The notes under the pieces are model-generated. The model was not told the origin of the DNA, searched no databases, and saw nothing but the letters and a program-made list of their open reading frames with translations. Positions 28,754 to 38,133 of a stretch of DNA of 64,000 nt are shown piece by piece (the stretch's first letter is position 1; each line of letters opens with the position of its first letter). The position numbers were made by a program, and so were the translations under genes. The stretch spans positions 160,001 through 224,000 of the forward strand of contig CAWETW010000001.1 of the NCBI GenBank assembly GCA_963812155.1, written 5' to 3'. Source of the DNA: Vulcanimicrobiota bacterium (GTDB lineage Bacteria; Vulcanimicrobiota; Vulcanimicrobiia; Vulcanimicrobiales; Vulcanimicrobiaceae).

Positions 28754-30430
28754 TCAGGCGCGTCGAATCTCGCCCTGGGTAATCAGCACTCGGCGCCCGT
28801 CAAGCCTCGTGACGGAAAAGCCCGCGAAGTGCTCGTTGTACGTTCGGCTGTAGTCGGCAAGTAGTCCGAGCGCTTGCTGCTCGCCGACGAGCAGACCCTG
28901 CATGCTGTCGGACCGAAAGTGCACGCCCGCTGAGTCGCGACCGAGCGCGACGTTCGCGGCCAGCTTGTCGATCTCGTTGCCGAGCGTAAGGGTCGGCCCC
29001 GTCCATGCCTCCAACGCCGAACCGTCGGACGTCGCTTGCACCGGGTTCGGAATCGGAAAATCCTCGTTGAAGAACGCCTTCAGCACGGTGATGCACGCGC
29101 CGGCAGTGGCGGCGTGTGCGGCCGGGTACGACGGATGCGTCGGGCTGCCCTCAGGGAAAGCAAGCGGCAGCAGACGGGTGCCGTACGCCGCTTTCGTACG
29201 GGCGACCACCGCGCTGCGCACGATCTCTTCCGAAATATCGTACTGCTTCGTTCCGCCGGCCTGCAGTTCGACGCGTGCCGCGTAGACTTCCGGCCGGGCG
29301 CGCCGATGAAGCAGCCACTTCTGATACCACGACCCCTTCTGGCCGATCAAGGCGGCCTGCGCCAACAGTGTCAACACGTTCTTGTTGCCGAATGTGATGT
29401 CGCCGAACTCGACCTTGTAGGATCGGTACGGGTTGGTCGGCGACATGGCGTCGAGCCCCCACTGGAGAACTGCGAGCGCGGCACCGAGATACGGTTGATA
29501 ACTGAAATCCTGGTGCACGTATTCGGCGAGTTCTCGAAAGCTCGAGATGAAGCGCGGCGTGGCGTCGAATTGAAGTTTCGCGGACGGCCGCGCACCGCGT
29601 TGGCACGCAAGCCATTCCGGCATGCTGGTGAGAAACTGTTGATTGCGAATCGGAAAGCGGTACCGTTGCTCGATTCGGGCGATGCCGAATGGAATTTCCA
29701 TCCACAGGAATTGGCTGATGTACGGCCCGGCGCTGCAACCGGGCCTTTCACCTCGGAAAATCGTCGCCGGGGAGACTTTTCCAAGCGCTGCGCTGGACGG
29801 CACCGAGAAAGCGTTGAGATCGGCAGCCGCGGCGGCGATCAGCGGGCTCTCTTCAAACGCTCGAAATGGAACGTCGCGCACGAGCGCCCGCCAATAGACC
29901 TCGGCCATGTCGGATGCGGCCGCGGCGCTTGCAAAAGCGGGCGGCGGGACGATGCGCGTCGCGTTCGAGTCGACGCCCGCGAGTTCGAACGCGAAGGCTG
30001 CCTGCGGGTTGTTGAGTTTGGCCGAACAGCCCGGTGCTTGCGGTATCCGCTCGAAGTCGCCGGGATTGGCACTCTTGAGTGCCGCTAGCAATGCCCCGTA
30101 CGCGGCTGGGTCGACTTCGCCCAGGTCGTCGCTCGGCAGGGTCTTGGTAAAGCTCGCGCGGCGGTCGGCATAGCGCTCGTCGTCGCCGTTGGTGATCGGC
30201 GGAGACGGCTGCCTCGAAAGATATGCGCGCGCCGCTTCGCAGCGAATCGATTCGGCGCGATGCGCACGCGCAGCGGAAGAAGAAGGTCCGATCGCTTGCG
30301 ACGCGGCCGCACCGGGAACGGCTGCCGCACCGAGTGCCGTGCTCGCCGACAAGACCGCACCCGCACCGGCACCGGCGCGCAAGAATTCCTCGCGGGATAA
30401 CCGCGAGCGATCGTCGTTTGAAGGCCTCAT
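28754..30430 (-). CDS. Vanadium-dependent haloperoxidase (PAP2 superfamily) with export-like leader
   Basis: WYQKW...RARPE, GSPTHPSYPAAH, GRDSAGVHFRSD, N-terminal FTKTLP.D.LGEVD. Confidence 0.88.
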   Translation of the reverse strand: MRPSNDDRSRLSREEFLRAGAGAGAVLSASTALGAAAVPGAAASQAIGPSSSAARAHRAESIRCEAARAYLSRQPSPPITNGDDERYADRRASFTKTLPSDDLGEVDPAAYGALLAALKSANPGDFERIPQAPGCSAKLNNPQAAFAFELAGVDSNATRIVPPPAFASAAAASDMAEVYWRALVRDVPFRAFEESPLIAAAAADLNAFSVPSSAALGKVSPATIFRGERPGCSAGPYISQFLWMEIPFGIARIEQRYRFPIRNQQFLTSMPEWLACQRGARPSAKLQFDATPRFISSFRELAEYVHQDFSYQPYLGAALAVLQWGLDAMSPTNPYRSYKVEFGDITFGNKNVLTLLAQAALIGQKGSWYQKWLLHRRARPEVYAARVELQAGGTKQYDISEEIVRSAVVARTKAAYGTRLLPLAFPEGSPTHPSYPAAHAATAGACITVLKAFFNEDFPIPNPVQATSDGSALEAWTGPTLTLGNEIDKLAANVALGRDSAGVHFRSDSMQGLLVGEQQALGLLADYSRTYNEHFAGFSVTRLDGRRVLITQGEIRRA

Positions 30431-30497
30431 ACTGACGTCGCCATTTTTTGAAGACGAACGCGTCACCCCTGGTGCCCGCCACGCGACGGCAGCGGAT

Positions 30498-31457
30498 TCA
30501 GGTTTCGTCCATCCGGTCGCGCGGGTGCGCTTTGTCGTACGCGCGCTTTTTGTGCTGCATCGACATCTTGAGATAGATGCCGGTCGTTGCGAGGCTCTCG
30601 TGGCCGAGAAACTCGCGAATGGTCTCGAGGTCGACTTCGTTCTCGGCCAAATGCGTGGCAAAGGAGTGGCGCAGCGTATGCGGGCTGGCATGCTGCCCGA
30701 TGCCGCTGACTTTGTAGATATCGCGGAAGATCCGCCAGACGTGCATGGCGCTGAGACGCTTTCCGCCGCGTCCGACGAAGAGCGCGTCGTCGCGCGTTTG
30801 GGGCCGCACCCGCAGATACGCCTCGATTGCGGCGGCCGCACTCCGATTGAAGACGGCCACGCGTTCTTTGCTGCCTTTGCCGTGGACCCGAATCTCGCGG
30901 TTGCCCAAGTCGACGTCCTTGAGGTTCACGGAAGCCACCTCGGCGCGGCGCAAGCCGCTCGCGTAGAGCAGCTCCAGGATCGCCAGATCGCGGCGCCGCT
31001 GCATCTCGGAGCGCCCCGCCAGGGTCGTCCGCAACAGCGTGCGGACGTCGGACTCGCCGAGATGTTCGGGCAGCTTGCGCTCGAGCTTGGGGCCCGAGAC
31101 GATCGTGGCCGGGTCGTCGTCGCGCAGCCCGAGGAGTTTCATGTAGCGGTACAGCGCCTTGACCGACGACAGTTTGCGCCGGACGGTCCGCATGTCGTAA
31201 TGCTTGTCGCCGGCGAGCCGCATCACGTAACGCCGGACGTCGGAGGTCGTCGCCGCGCGCAGCTGCGGATAGGCGCGTCCGACGGGGGATTCGCCCGCCG
31301 GCACGCCCGCCAAAAACGCTCCGAACTCTTGCAGATCGCGCGCGTAGGCCTCGACCGTCAGGCGGCTGCGATTGCGCTCGAGCCGCAGGTAGGTCATCAG
31401 GTCGAGGATCAGCTCGTCGGCGACCGGCCGAAAGGTCCGCTTTTCGCGCTTTTCCAC
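30498..31457 (-). CDS. XerC/XerD-family tyrosine recombinase
   Basis: N-terminal SAM-like domain; catalytic R (YASGLR), K (GKGSKER), HTLRH, LGH and Y (TTGIY) all intact. Confidence 0.95.
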   Translation of the reverse strand: MEKREKRTFRPVADELILDLMTYLRLERNRSRLTVEAYARDLQEFGAFLAGVPAGESPVGRAYPQLRAATTSDVRRYVMRLAGDKHYDMRTVRRKLSSVKALYRYMKLLGLRDDDPATIVSGPKLERKLPEHLGESDVRTLLRTTLAGRSEMQRRRDLAILELLYASGLRRAEVASVNLKDVDLGNREIRVHGKGSKERVAVFNRSAAAAIEAYLRVRPQTRDDALFVGRGGKRLSAMHVWRIFRDIYKVSGIGQHASPHTLRHSFATHLAENEVDLETIREFLGHESLATTGIYLKMSMQHKKRAYDKAHPRDRMDET

Positions 31458-31478
31458 GCTCTTCTCGCCTCACACGGT

Positions 31479-31506
31479 ATGCAATATAATAACAGTTTTA
31501 CTGCAT
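31479..31506. other. dif-like 28-bp recombination site (11-6-11 imperfect inverted repeat)
   Basis: ATGCAATATAA-TAACAG-TTTTACTGCAT; arms 9/11 complementary; AT-rich in GC-rich DNA; 21 nt upstream of the xer start. Confidence 0.72.
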
Positions 31507-31737
31507 TCGAGCGGAAGAATGCGCCTCCTGCGGCCATGCGGGGGTGCTGTCCGTTCGGTGTCCGTGAAGAGCGTCAGCACGAGTGCGGGGATGAACCGGT
31601 ACAAGATCTCGGGTACGGTGACCAACGTCGGCTCGGAATCGCAGGGGCCGCGAGACTACTCTGCTGCGCGTGACCGAGCCGAAACAGCGCGCCGCGCTCA
31701 AGTCGGCGCTCGAGGATCTTTCCGACCGCCGGCTGCG

Positions 31738-32297
31738 CGCGGCGTCTATCTCGACGATCCGCGCTACTATCCGTTCTGGGAGCGGGTCGTGGAGCTCGAC
31801 GTGCCGGTCTATATCCACCCAGCCGATCCGGCCGTGCAACCGCGCGTCATCGAAGGATATCCCGAAATGCAGGGCGCCGTTTGGGGATGGAGCACCGATA
31901 ATTCGACGCACTTCCTGCGCACGCTGTTTTAGCGGCTTGTTCGACCGCTATCCGCAGTTGACGATCATCCTGGGCCATATGGGCGAAACGTTGCCGTACT
32001 TCGCGTGGCGCATCGACAGTCGCTAGCAATACCGTGGAGTCGCAGCAGCATAAGATCAAGAAAAAGCCGGCCGAGTACTTTCGCTCCAACTTGATCGTCA
32101 CGACCACCGGCGTCTGCCAGGACTCCGCCCTGCTCTGCGCGCTGGACGTTATGGGCGACGACCGCATCCTCTTCTCAGCCGACGATCCGTACGAGGATAC
32201 CAAAGGTTCGTCCGAGTGGATCGACCGCGCGCCGATCACTGCCGAGCAACGCGAGAAAATCTGCTACCGCAACGCGGAGCGCGTTCTCAAACTCTAG
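31738..32297 (+). pseudogene. 5'-truncated, disrupted amidohydrolase_2 family (decarboxylase-like) gene
   Basis: YLDDPRY.PFWERV.ELDVPVYIHP / GLFDRYPQLTIILGHMGE / DRILFSADDPY split across frames with stops; no N-terminus. Confidence 0.85.
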
Positions 32298-32303
32298 CTT
32301 TTT

Positions 32304-32654
32304 CTACAAGTCGAGGATGGCTCGCAGTCCCCGCTCGACCTTACCTAGCGTTTCTGCACCGATCGTGCCGATGCGCGCCGATAAGCGGCGAACGTCGACG
32401 ACTCGGACTTGATTGCATAGAACGAGTGACGGTTTTTTCAAGCCGGCTTCACCGGGGTGCAACGGTACGTTCGCCGGACCGAGCTTCTTTCCGATTGCAC
32501 TCGTCAACGGGCAGATGATTGTGGTTGGCGAGACCGCGTTTGCCGCGTCGCGCTGAACTACGACGCAGGGACGCTTTTTTCGAAGTTCCGAGCCAACTGC
32601 GGGATCGAGTTCGACCCACCAGATCTCGCCACGGCGCACGGTCATGTTAGTCAA
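32304..32654 (-). CDS. MazF/PemK family endoribonuclease toxin
   Basis: RRGEIWWVELDPAVGSE..KKRPCVVVQ...ICPLTS...QVRVVD. Confidence 0.93.
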   Translation of the reverse strand: MTNMTVRRGEIWWVELDPAVGSELRKKRPCVVVQRDAANAVSPTTIICPLTSAIGKKLGPANVPLHPGEAGLKKPSLVLCNQVRVVDVRRLSARIGTIGAETLGKVERGLRAILDL

Positions 32655-32874
32655 GGCCGTCGAGATTGGTCACTTCCCAGTCGCGCAAGACCTTTAGATC
32701 AGCGGCCGCATTTGCGATGCACGCCGCGGCGATTTCTTCATCTTCCCGCAAGCGACGCATCTCGCGTGCCTGACGAAGCGCCGCCGAAACCATGAAGGCC
32801 GTCCGGTTCCCAGCGGCCGATGCGTCAATTTCGGCGAGGGCGTCGTCGGGTATAAGCATGGACACTTTTGCCAT
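32647..32874 (-). CDS. Cognate antitoxin, RHH-like
   Basis: 75 aa; N-terminal KVSMLIPD strand then helices; acidic tail; overlaps the toxin start. Confidence 0.85.
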   Translation of the reverse strand: MAKVSMLIPDDALAEIDASAAGNRTAFMVSAALRQAREMRRLREDEEIAAACIANAAADLKVLRDWEVTNLDGLD

Positions 32875-32880
32875 ATATAA

Positions 32881-32889
32881 AGTATAGCA
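32881..32889 (-). promoter_or_regulatory. Extended -10 promoter (TGCTATACT) of the TA operon, probably leaderless
   Basis: TGnTATACT 6 nt upstream of the antitoxin ATG, no SD; CCATATA repeated at 32871 and 32897. Confidence 0.55.
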
Positions 32890-32928
32890 TATTTGTCCAT
32901 ATACGCGGTTGTCACGCGGGCGCTTGAA

Positions 32929-33813
32929 CTAGGTCGCTGTTTCTTCCAGCCAGTCGCGCGTCAGAAAGAGCCAGAACGCCAAACCGGCGTGCTCGCCGTA
33001 GCGCGCGAACGCGCGCGCGATCGTCTTATCGGCGGCGCGCTTCTTCTTCGCCAGGCGCAGATATTTCGGCCGCGTCCACGAGTCGAGCACGAGGTAACGA
33101 TGGCGCCCGAGCAGCTGCATGACGTGCGCGGCCGCATACGGGCCGATGCCAGGGAGCTCGAGCAATGCCGACTCGACCGCGTCGTCGTCGAGGCCGCGCG
33201 CCGGAAGCAACCCTTCCAGATCCAAGACGCCGCGTGCCGCGTCGCGGGCAATCGCGCGAACGTACGGACCGCGATAGCCCATGCGCGCCACGTCGCGAAA
33301 CCACGATTCGGGAGTTTTTGCGAGGATGTCCGGCTCGGGAAAGACACCGCCGCCCCGCTCCACCAGCGCCGTCGTCATGCGAATCGTCGCCGACCAGCTA
33401 CAGTTGGTCGTACAGATCGTCTTAACGACGTCTTCGAAGACGGTGGGACTAGCGAGCAGACGGCCCGCGCCGGCCGCCGCCCATCGCAATAACGGATCGG
33501 CCTCGATGCGCCGGTAGAACGGCGAAAGATCGTCGCGCAAGCGAAACATGCGCGCGATCTGCGCGGCGATGCGGTCCCGTTCGCCGCGCGCAAGCGCAAC
33601 GTCGCTCTCGGCGACGAGGGTGCTGCCGTCGTCGCGCATCGCAACGTTGACCACTCGCTTGCCGGCCCTAAAGGCGCGCGCGTAGAGCGGCGGCGATTCC
33701 TGCAGACGCGCCGGCGGCAACGAGGCGCATCCGTGCGAACGAATCGTGCGCGCGAACGAGATCGGCTCGCCGCCGGCGCCGCGCAGCGGCAGCGTGCAGA
33801 CGACGTGCCCCAA
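32929..33813 (-). CDS. HhH-GPD DNA glycosylase (AlkA/OGG1-like)
   Basis: SPTVFEDVVKTICTTN, GYR, LLELPGIGPYAA HhH motif, downstream Asp (LDSW). Confidence 0.85.
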   Translation of the reverse strand: MGHVVCTLPLRGAGGEPISFARTIRSHGCASLPPARLQESPPLYARAFRAGKRVVNVAMRDDGSTLVAESDVALARGERDRIAAQIARMFRLRDDLSPFYRRIEADPLLRWAAAGAGRLLASPTVFEDVVKTICTTNCSWSATIRMTTALVERGGGVFPEPDILAKTPESWFRDVARMGYRGPYVRAIARDAARGVLDLEGLLPARGLDDDAVESALLELPGIGPYAAAHVMQLLGRHRYLVLDSWTRPKYLRLAKKKRAADKTIARAFARYGEHAGLAFWLFLTRDWLEETAT

Positions 33814-33825
33814 ACCTAAGCGAAC

Positions 33826-34290
33826 CTATGCGACGTAGGAGATGTTGACCGACACGCCGGCCGCGGCGGCGCGCATCAGGACGCCGTAGACTTCGTCGAG
33901 TTCTTCTTCAATGGAGGTCATATCGCGTGCGCTCACGTGAAAACGCGCCGCATTGCTCCACAGAATTCCGCGAGCACGTTCGAATGCGCTGTGGAGGCGT
34001 TCGGGCGTGGCTTCCAGCACCGGCCAATCGAGTTCGTTCTGCGCGGGAACGATGCGCCATCCGCGCCCCGACACGTACGGCACCTCTCGCTCCTGGTCGA
34101 ACGCATGCGGTATCGCGGCCAGGATATCGAGCGCTTCCTGGTCTTGCCATTCCAGCGAAAGCCCCAGCTCGCCCAAGCGAACGATATAACGAAAGAACGC
34201 CGGATTGCCGACGGTGTAGGCGCCGGCGACCGAGGCCACGCTGACGTGAATGAGATCGAGTTCGGCGTCCCGCCCCTGCGAATCGGTCAT
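33826..34290 (-). CDS. Hypothetical protein
   Basis: Protein-like ORF with GAAGAA upstream of the ATG, co-oriented between mdh and the glycosylase. Confidence 0.65.
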   Translation of the reverse strand: MTDSQGRDAELDLIHVSVASVAGAYTVGNPAFFRYIVRLGELGLSLEWQDQEALDILAAIPHAFDQEREVPYVSGRGWRIVPAQNELDWPVLEATPERLHSAFERARGILWSNAARFHVSARDMTSIEEELDEVYGVLMRAAAAGVSVNISYVA

Positions 34291-34354
34291 TTCTTCACAC
34301 GCAGTTCGCCGCCGGTCGGGCGGCTCCGTTCCGTACGGCATATCCCAGCGCCGC

Positions 34355-35347
34355 CTATGCCGGAATGAGGCCGAGTTCGCTGACCGCGTCGCGTTCTTTG
34401 CGCAGCTCGGCGAGCGTCGCCTCGAGCTTGCCGGTGCCGAACCCGCCATGCTCGATCCCCTCGACGACGCGCGACACGCCGTCCTCGGTCCGCGACGGAA
34501 ACGAAAAGATCAGGCCCGGGTCGACGCCGTATTCGCCGTTGGAGCAGCGGCCGACCGAATAGTATTCGTGCGCCGGCGTGTCGTGGGTGAGATTGTAGAC
34601 GCCGCCGATCGCCGCGTTGGCCGCGGACGCCGCCGACGATGCGCCGCGCGCTTTGATGACTTCGGCGCCGCGATTTTGCACCGTCGAAAGGAAATCGTTC
34701 TCCAGCCAATCGCGATCTTGGATCGTCTCGTGCGCCGGTTTGCCGGAGATGAGCGCGTGATGGAAGTCCGGGAACTGCGTCGTCGAGTGGTTGCCCCAGA
34801 TGGCGACCCTCGAAACTTCCGTTACGTCGACGCCGGCCCGCTTCGCGAGTTGCGAGCGCGCGCGAAGCTCGTCGAGCGTGGTCATCGCGAAGAAACGATC
34901 TTTCGGGACGCTCGGAGCGTTGTTCATCGCGATGAGACAGTTCGTGTTGCACGGATTGCCGACGACGAAGACGCGGACGTCGCCGGCCGCGTGTGCGTCG
35001 ATCGCCCGGCCCTGCTCGATGAAAATCTTTCCGTTGAGGGCCAGCAGGTCGGATCGTTCCATTCCGGCTTTGCGCGGAACGGCGCCGACGAGCACGGCCC
35101 AGTTGATGCCGCGCATCGCCTCGTCGACCGACGAGGTCGCACGGACGTCCTTGAGCAGCGGAAACGCGCAATCGTCGAGTTCCATGACGATTCCGCGCAG
35201 TGCCGGAAGCGCCGGTTCGAGTTCCAACAACGAAAACTCCAGTTCCGCCTCCGGGCCGAACATTTGACCCGATGCAATCCGGAACAGTAGCGCGTAGCCG
35301 ATCTGCCCCGCAGCGCCCGTGACCGCGACCTTGACTCGTTTTTTCAC
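34355..35347 (-). CDS. mdh: Malate dehydrogenase
   Basis: [49 protein letters not shown]. Confidence 0.97.
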   Translation of the reverse strand: MKKRVKVAVTGAAGQIGYALLFRIASGQMFGPEAELEFSLLELEPALPALRGIVMELDDCAFPLLKDVRATSSVDEAMRGINWAVLVGAVPRKAGMERSDLLALNGKIFIEQGRAIDAHAAGDVRVFVVGNPCNTNCLIAMNNAPSVPKDRFFAMTTLDELRARSQLAKRAGVDVTEVSRVAIWGNHSTTQFPDFHHALISGKPAHETIQDRDWLENDFLSTVQNRGAEVIKARGASSAASAANAAIGGVYNLTHDTPAHEYYSVGRCSNGEYGVDPGLIFSFPSRTEDGVSRVVEGIEHGGFGTGKLEATLAELRKERDAVSELGLIPA

Positions 35348-35499
35348 GTATCCTCCGAAAACCGTGCGTGTGCCGCCGACTCAAATAGACGCGTCGCGGT
35401 CGAAGTCCCTTCTCGAAAAGGCTCATACGCGTTCGACTTTTGTCGCGGTAGGAAAGCTAGAGCACTTTTCGGATGCGAGGCGAACGTGACGCGAGGCTG

Positions 35500-36777
35500 A
35501 TGAGTCTCGGCTTCGACGGCGCCGATCAACCGGCAGCCGAAATCTTCAACCGGTGCATTCGCTGCGGGCTCTGTCTGCCGACCTGTCCGACGTACCTCGA
35601 AACGTTCAACGAAACGTCGGGACCGCGCGGCCGCATTGCCTTGATCAAAAGCGTCGCCGACGGTGGCATCGACCTGCTCTCGCCGGGCTTCGTCGCACAG
35701 ATGTCGGAATGCCTGGATTGCCGCGCGTGCGAAGCGGCCTGTCCTTCCGGTGTCGCCTACGGGCAGTTAGTCGAAACCGCGCGCGCGCAGATTCGACGCG
35801 CGCAAGATACCGGCGGCGCGCGCGCCGGCACGAGCGCTTTCTGGCTGCGCACGCTTTTCGATCGGCTCGGTTACTTGCGCGCCGCGGCGGCACTGCTCCG
35901 GCTTGCCCAGATGACGGGCTTGGCGTCGGTGGCGGGATGGCTGGGCTTGCGCGACCTGGTCGCGCTCGCACCGCGTATTCGTGGCCGCTTCTTCGTTCCG
36001 CGCGGTCAGCGCTTCGATGCGCGCAACCCTCAGGGACTCGCGTTTCTCCATGCGGGCTGCGTGATGCAGGTTGCGTTTCCGAACGTGCACGAGGCGACGG
36101 TCCGGATGCTGCAGCGCGGCGGACTCTCGGTCGTCGTGCCTTCGGGCCAAGGCTGTTGCGGTGCGCTGGCGGTGCACGCCGGCGACCGCGAGTTCGCGCG
36201 CACGCTGGCCAAACGCAACATCGAAGCGTTCGAACGCAGCGGTGCCGACGTGTTCGTGAGCAATGCGGCCGGCTGCGGATCGGCACTCAAAGAGTACGCG
36301 GAGTACTTTCGCGACGACCCGAAATGGGCGCCGCGCGCCGCGGCCTTCTCCTCCCGCGTTCGCGACGTGACCGAAGTGCTCGACGCCGTCGATCTCGATC
36401 CGCCGCCAGGACCGCTGGAAACGACCGTCACGTATCAGGAACCGTGCCATCTCGCCCACGCACAGCGCGTCACCGGAGCGCCGCGCAGACTCTTGCAACA
36501 GATTTCCGGGCTGCGTCTGATCGAAATGCCCGAAAGCGCGGTCTGCTGCGGGGGCGCGGGGATTTACAGCCTTACGCAGCCTGAGATGTCGGCGCGCTTG
36601 CGCAAACGCAAAATCGATGCCGCTGAGGCGACCGGAGCGAACGTCGTCGCGACGGCCAATCCCGGCTGCGCGATACAAGTTGCCGCCGGCCTGCGCGCGA
36701 GGGGGTCGAAAGCGCGGGTGAAGCACGTCGTCGAACTGCTTGACGACGCGTACCGTGCGACGGAATCTCGTGTCTAG
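35500..36777 (+). CDS. GlcF-like Fe-S protein (two 4Fe-4S motifs plus two CCG domains)
   Basis: CIRCGLCLPTCP, CLDCRACEAACP, GCCGAL, VCCGGAG, ANPGC. Confidence 0.9.
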   Translation: MSLGFDGADQPAAEIFNRCIRCGLCLPTCPTYLETFNETSGPRGRIALIKSVADGGIDLLSPGFVAQMSECLDCRACEAACPSGVAYGQLVETARAQIRRAQDTGGARAGTSAFWLRTLFDRLGYLRAAAALLRLAQMTGLASVAGWLGLRDLVALAPRIRGRFFVPRGQRFDARNPQGLAFLHAGCVMQVAFPNVHEATVRMLQRGGLSVVVPSGQGCCGALAVHAGDREFARTLAKRNIEAFERSGADVFVSNAAGCGSALKEYAEYFRDDPKWAPRAAAFSSRVRDVTEVLDAVDLDPPPGPLETTVTYQEPCHLAHAQRVTGAPRRLLQQISGLRLIEMPESAVCCGGAGIYSLTQPEMSARLRKRKIDAAEATGANVVATANPGCAIQVAAGLRARGSKARVKHVVELLDDAYRATESRV

Positions 36778-37145
36778 GGCGTAGCGGTGACGCGCGCGCG
36801 ATCGCCGATGGCGTCGCCGACGCTGTGATACACGGCGAGCGCGCGGATCAAACCCGTGATTGCCAGCAAGCGCAGAATCGGGCCCGGGCTGACGATCAAC
36901 CGCACCGACGTTTCGCCTTCGGCGGCTCGCCGATGGGCTCCGATCAATGCGCCCAGGCCGGTCGAATCGAGGAACTCGACCTGCGTGAGGTCGATGACGA
37001 CGTTCTTCTTCTTGCTCTGCGCTTCGGATAATGCCGCGCGCAGCGTCGGTGACGTCGCGATGTCGAGCGTTCCGCTCAGTTTGAAGAGCACGGCAGAACC
37101 GCCGTCCTCGGGACGCACCTCGATACTCAACTGATCGTGAGCCAT
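36774..37145 (-). CDS. STAS-domain anti-sigma factor antagonist
   Basis: GTLDIATSP.LR, DLTQVEFLDSTGLGAL with the phosphorylatable Ser. Confidence 0.92.
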   Translation of the reverse strand: MAHDQLSIEVRPEDGGSAVLFKLSGTLDIATSPTLRAALSEAQSKKKNVVIDLTQVEFLDSTGLGALIGAHRRAAEGETSVRLIVSPGPILRLLAITGLIRALAVYHSVGDAIGDRARVTATP

Positions 37146-37167
37146 CGCCGTTCGCGTTCGCCTTGCC

Positions 37168-38127
37168 CTACGAGCTCGCCTTCGGTCCGGCGTCCGTAAA
37201 AGTGCCGGCAGCGTCGTCCCAACGAACCACGTGTTCCGCGGTGAGATGCACGCCTCCGATCCAGCGATCGATCGGGTAGCTCTCGAGCCAGTCGGCATCG
37301 CCGGCGATCACGTGCCGCCCGAGCGCCGTCAATGCAAAGCTGCCGTCGGTTTCCGACAGCAAAGCCGCGCGCGAATCGCTCAAATCGTGGAGCACCCGCG
37401 CGAACGCCGCATCGCCCTGAAACGTCGCCTCTTCGCGTGCCTGCGCGCGGCGGTAGAGTTCGGGCGTTTGGGCGGCCCCCTGAGCGACGGCCAGCAGCGC
37501 CTGGCGCTGCGAACGCGAGAGTCCGTCGCCGCTAGACGGATACTCTTCGCACAAACGCACGAGCGCGGCGCGTAGAAACGGCAATCCAATTGCATCTTCG
37601 CGCGCCGATGCCAAGAGGTCGCTCGGCGACGGCGACGTGAATCGTTGCCACGCGCGGCGCGCAGATTTCGACGTCGCGGGCGTAACGGGACGGCGCCTCG
37701 GCAACAGTGCGGAGAGTTCTTCGGCGATCATGGATCCCAGATACTGGTCGCTCTGCACGATGCTCACGCGTCCCGGTTCGAGGTTCATGTCGTCGAGTAC
37801 GGTCAGTATTTGCAGCAAATGCAGCTGATCGAAGAGGTCGTGTTCGAACCAGAGCACCACTTCTGGAAAGTCGACGGCTTTGCGCATCTGCGCGTCGCGC
37901 TTTTCGAACTCGTACGTCACTTTGATGGGATTGCCGTAGCCGCGTTCGCACAGGTATCGCACGCGAGCGGCGCTGGTCGCTTCCAGCGGCAACCCGGCGG
38001 GAACCGGTCCTTCGTTGAGCGGGTCGCGCCACGCGACGTGCGTGCCGAGAATGCCCGCCTTCTTGAAGAGGTAGAGCACCGAATCGCCGTTCGTCACGTG
38101 CAGCGTCGCCGCACTCCGCTCACTCAT
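37168..38127 (-). CDS. DUF1835-like protein
   Basis: LHVTNGDS, WRDPLNEGPVP, VVLWFEHDLFDQL, DRWIGGVHL. Confidence 0.8.
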   Translation of the reverse strand: MSERSAATLHVTNGDSVLYLFKKAGILGTHVAWRDPLNEGPVPAGLPLEATSAARVRYLCERGYGNPIKVTYEFEKRDAQMRKAVDFPEVVLWFEHDLFDQLHLLQILTVLDDMNLEPGRVSIVQSDQYLGSMIAEELSALLPRRRPVTPATSKSARRAWQRFTSPSPSDLLASAREDAIGLPFLRAALVRLCEEYPSSGDGLSRSQRQALLAVAQGAAQTPELYRRAQAREEATFQGDAAFARVLHDLSDSRAALLSETDGSFALTALGRHVIAGDADWLESYPIDRWIGGVHLTAEHVVRWDDAAGTFTDAGPKASS

Positions 38128-38133
38128 CGTAAT

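Noticed and set aside
32870..32897. Second dif-like site (GCCATATATAA-AGTATA-GCATATTTGTC) bracketing the TA pair as a pdif-type module
   Set aside because: The arms are not complementary, and the sequence is explained by the TA promoter and start codon.
30498..32900. Integron or prophage
   Set aside because: The recombinase lacks an IntI-type insertion; I saw no attC-like repeats, phage genes or flanking direct repeats.
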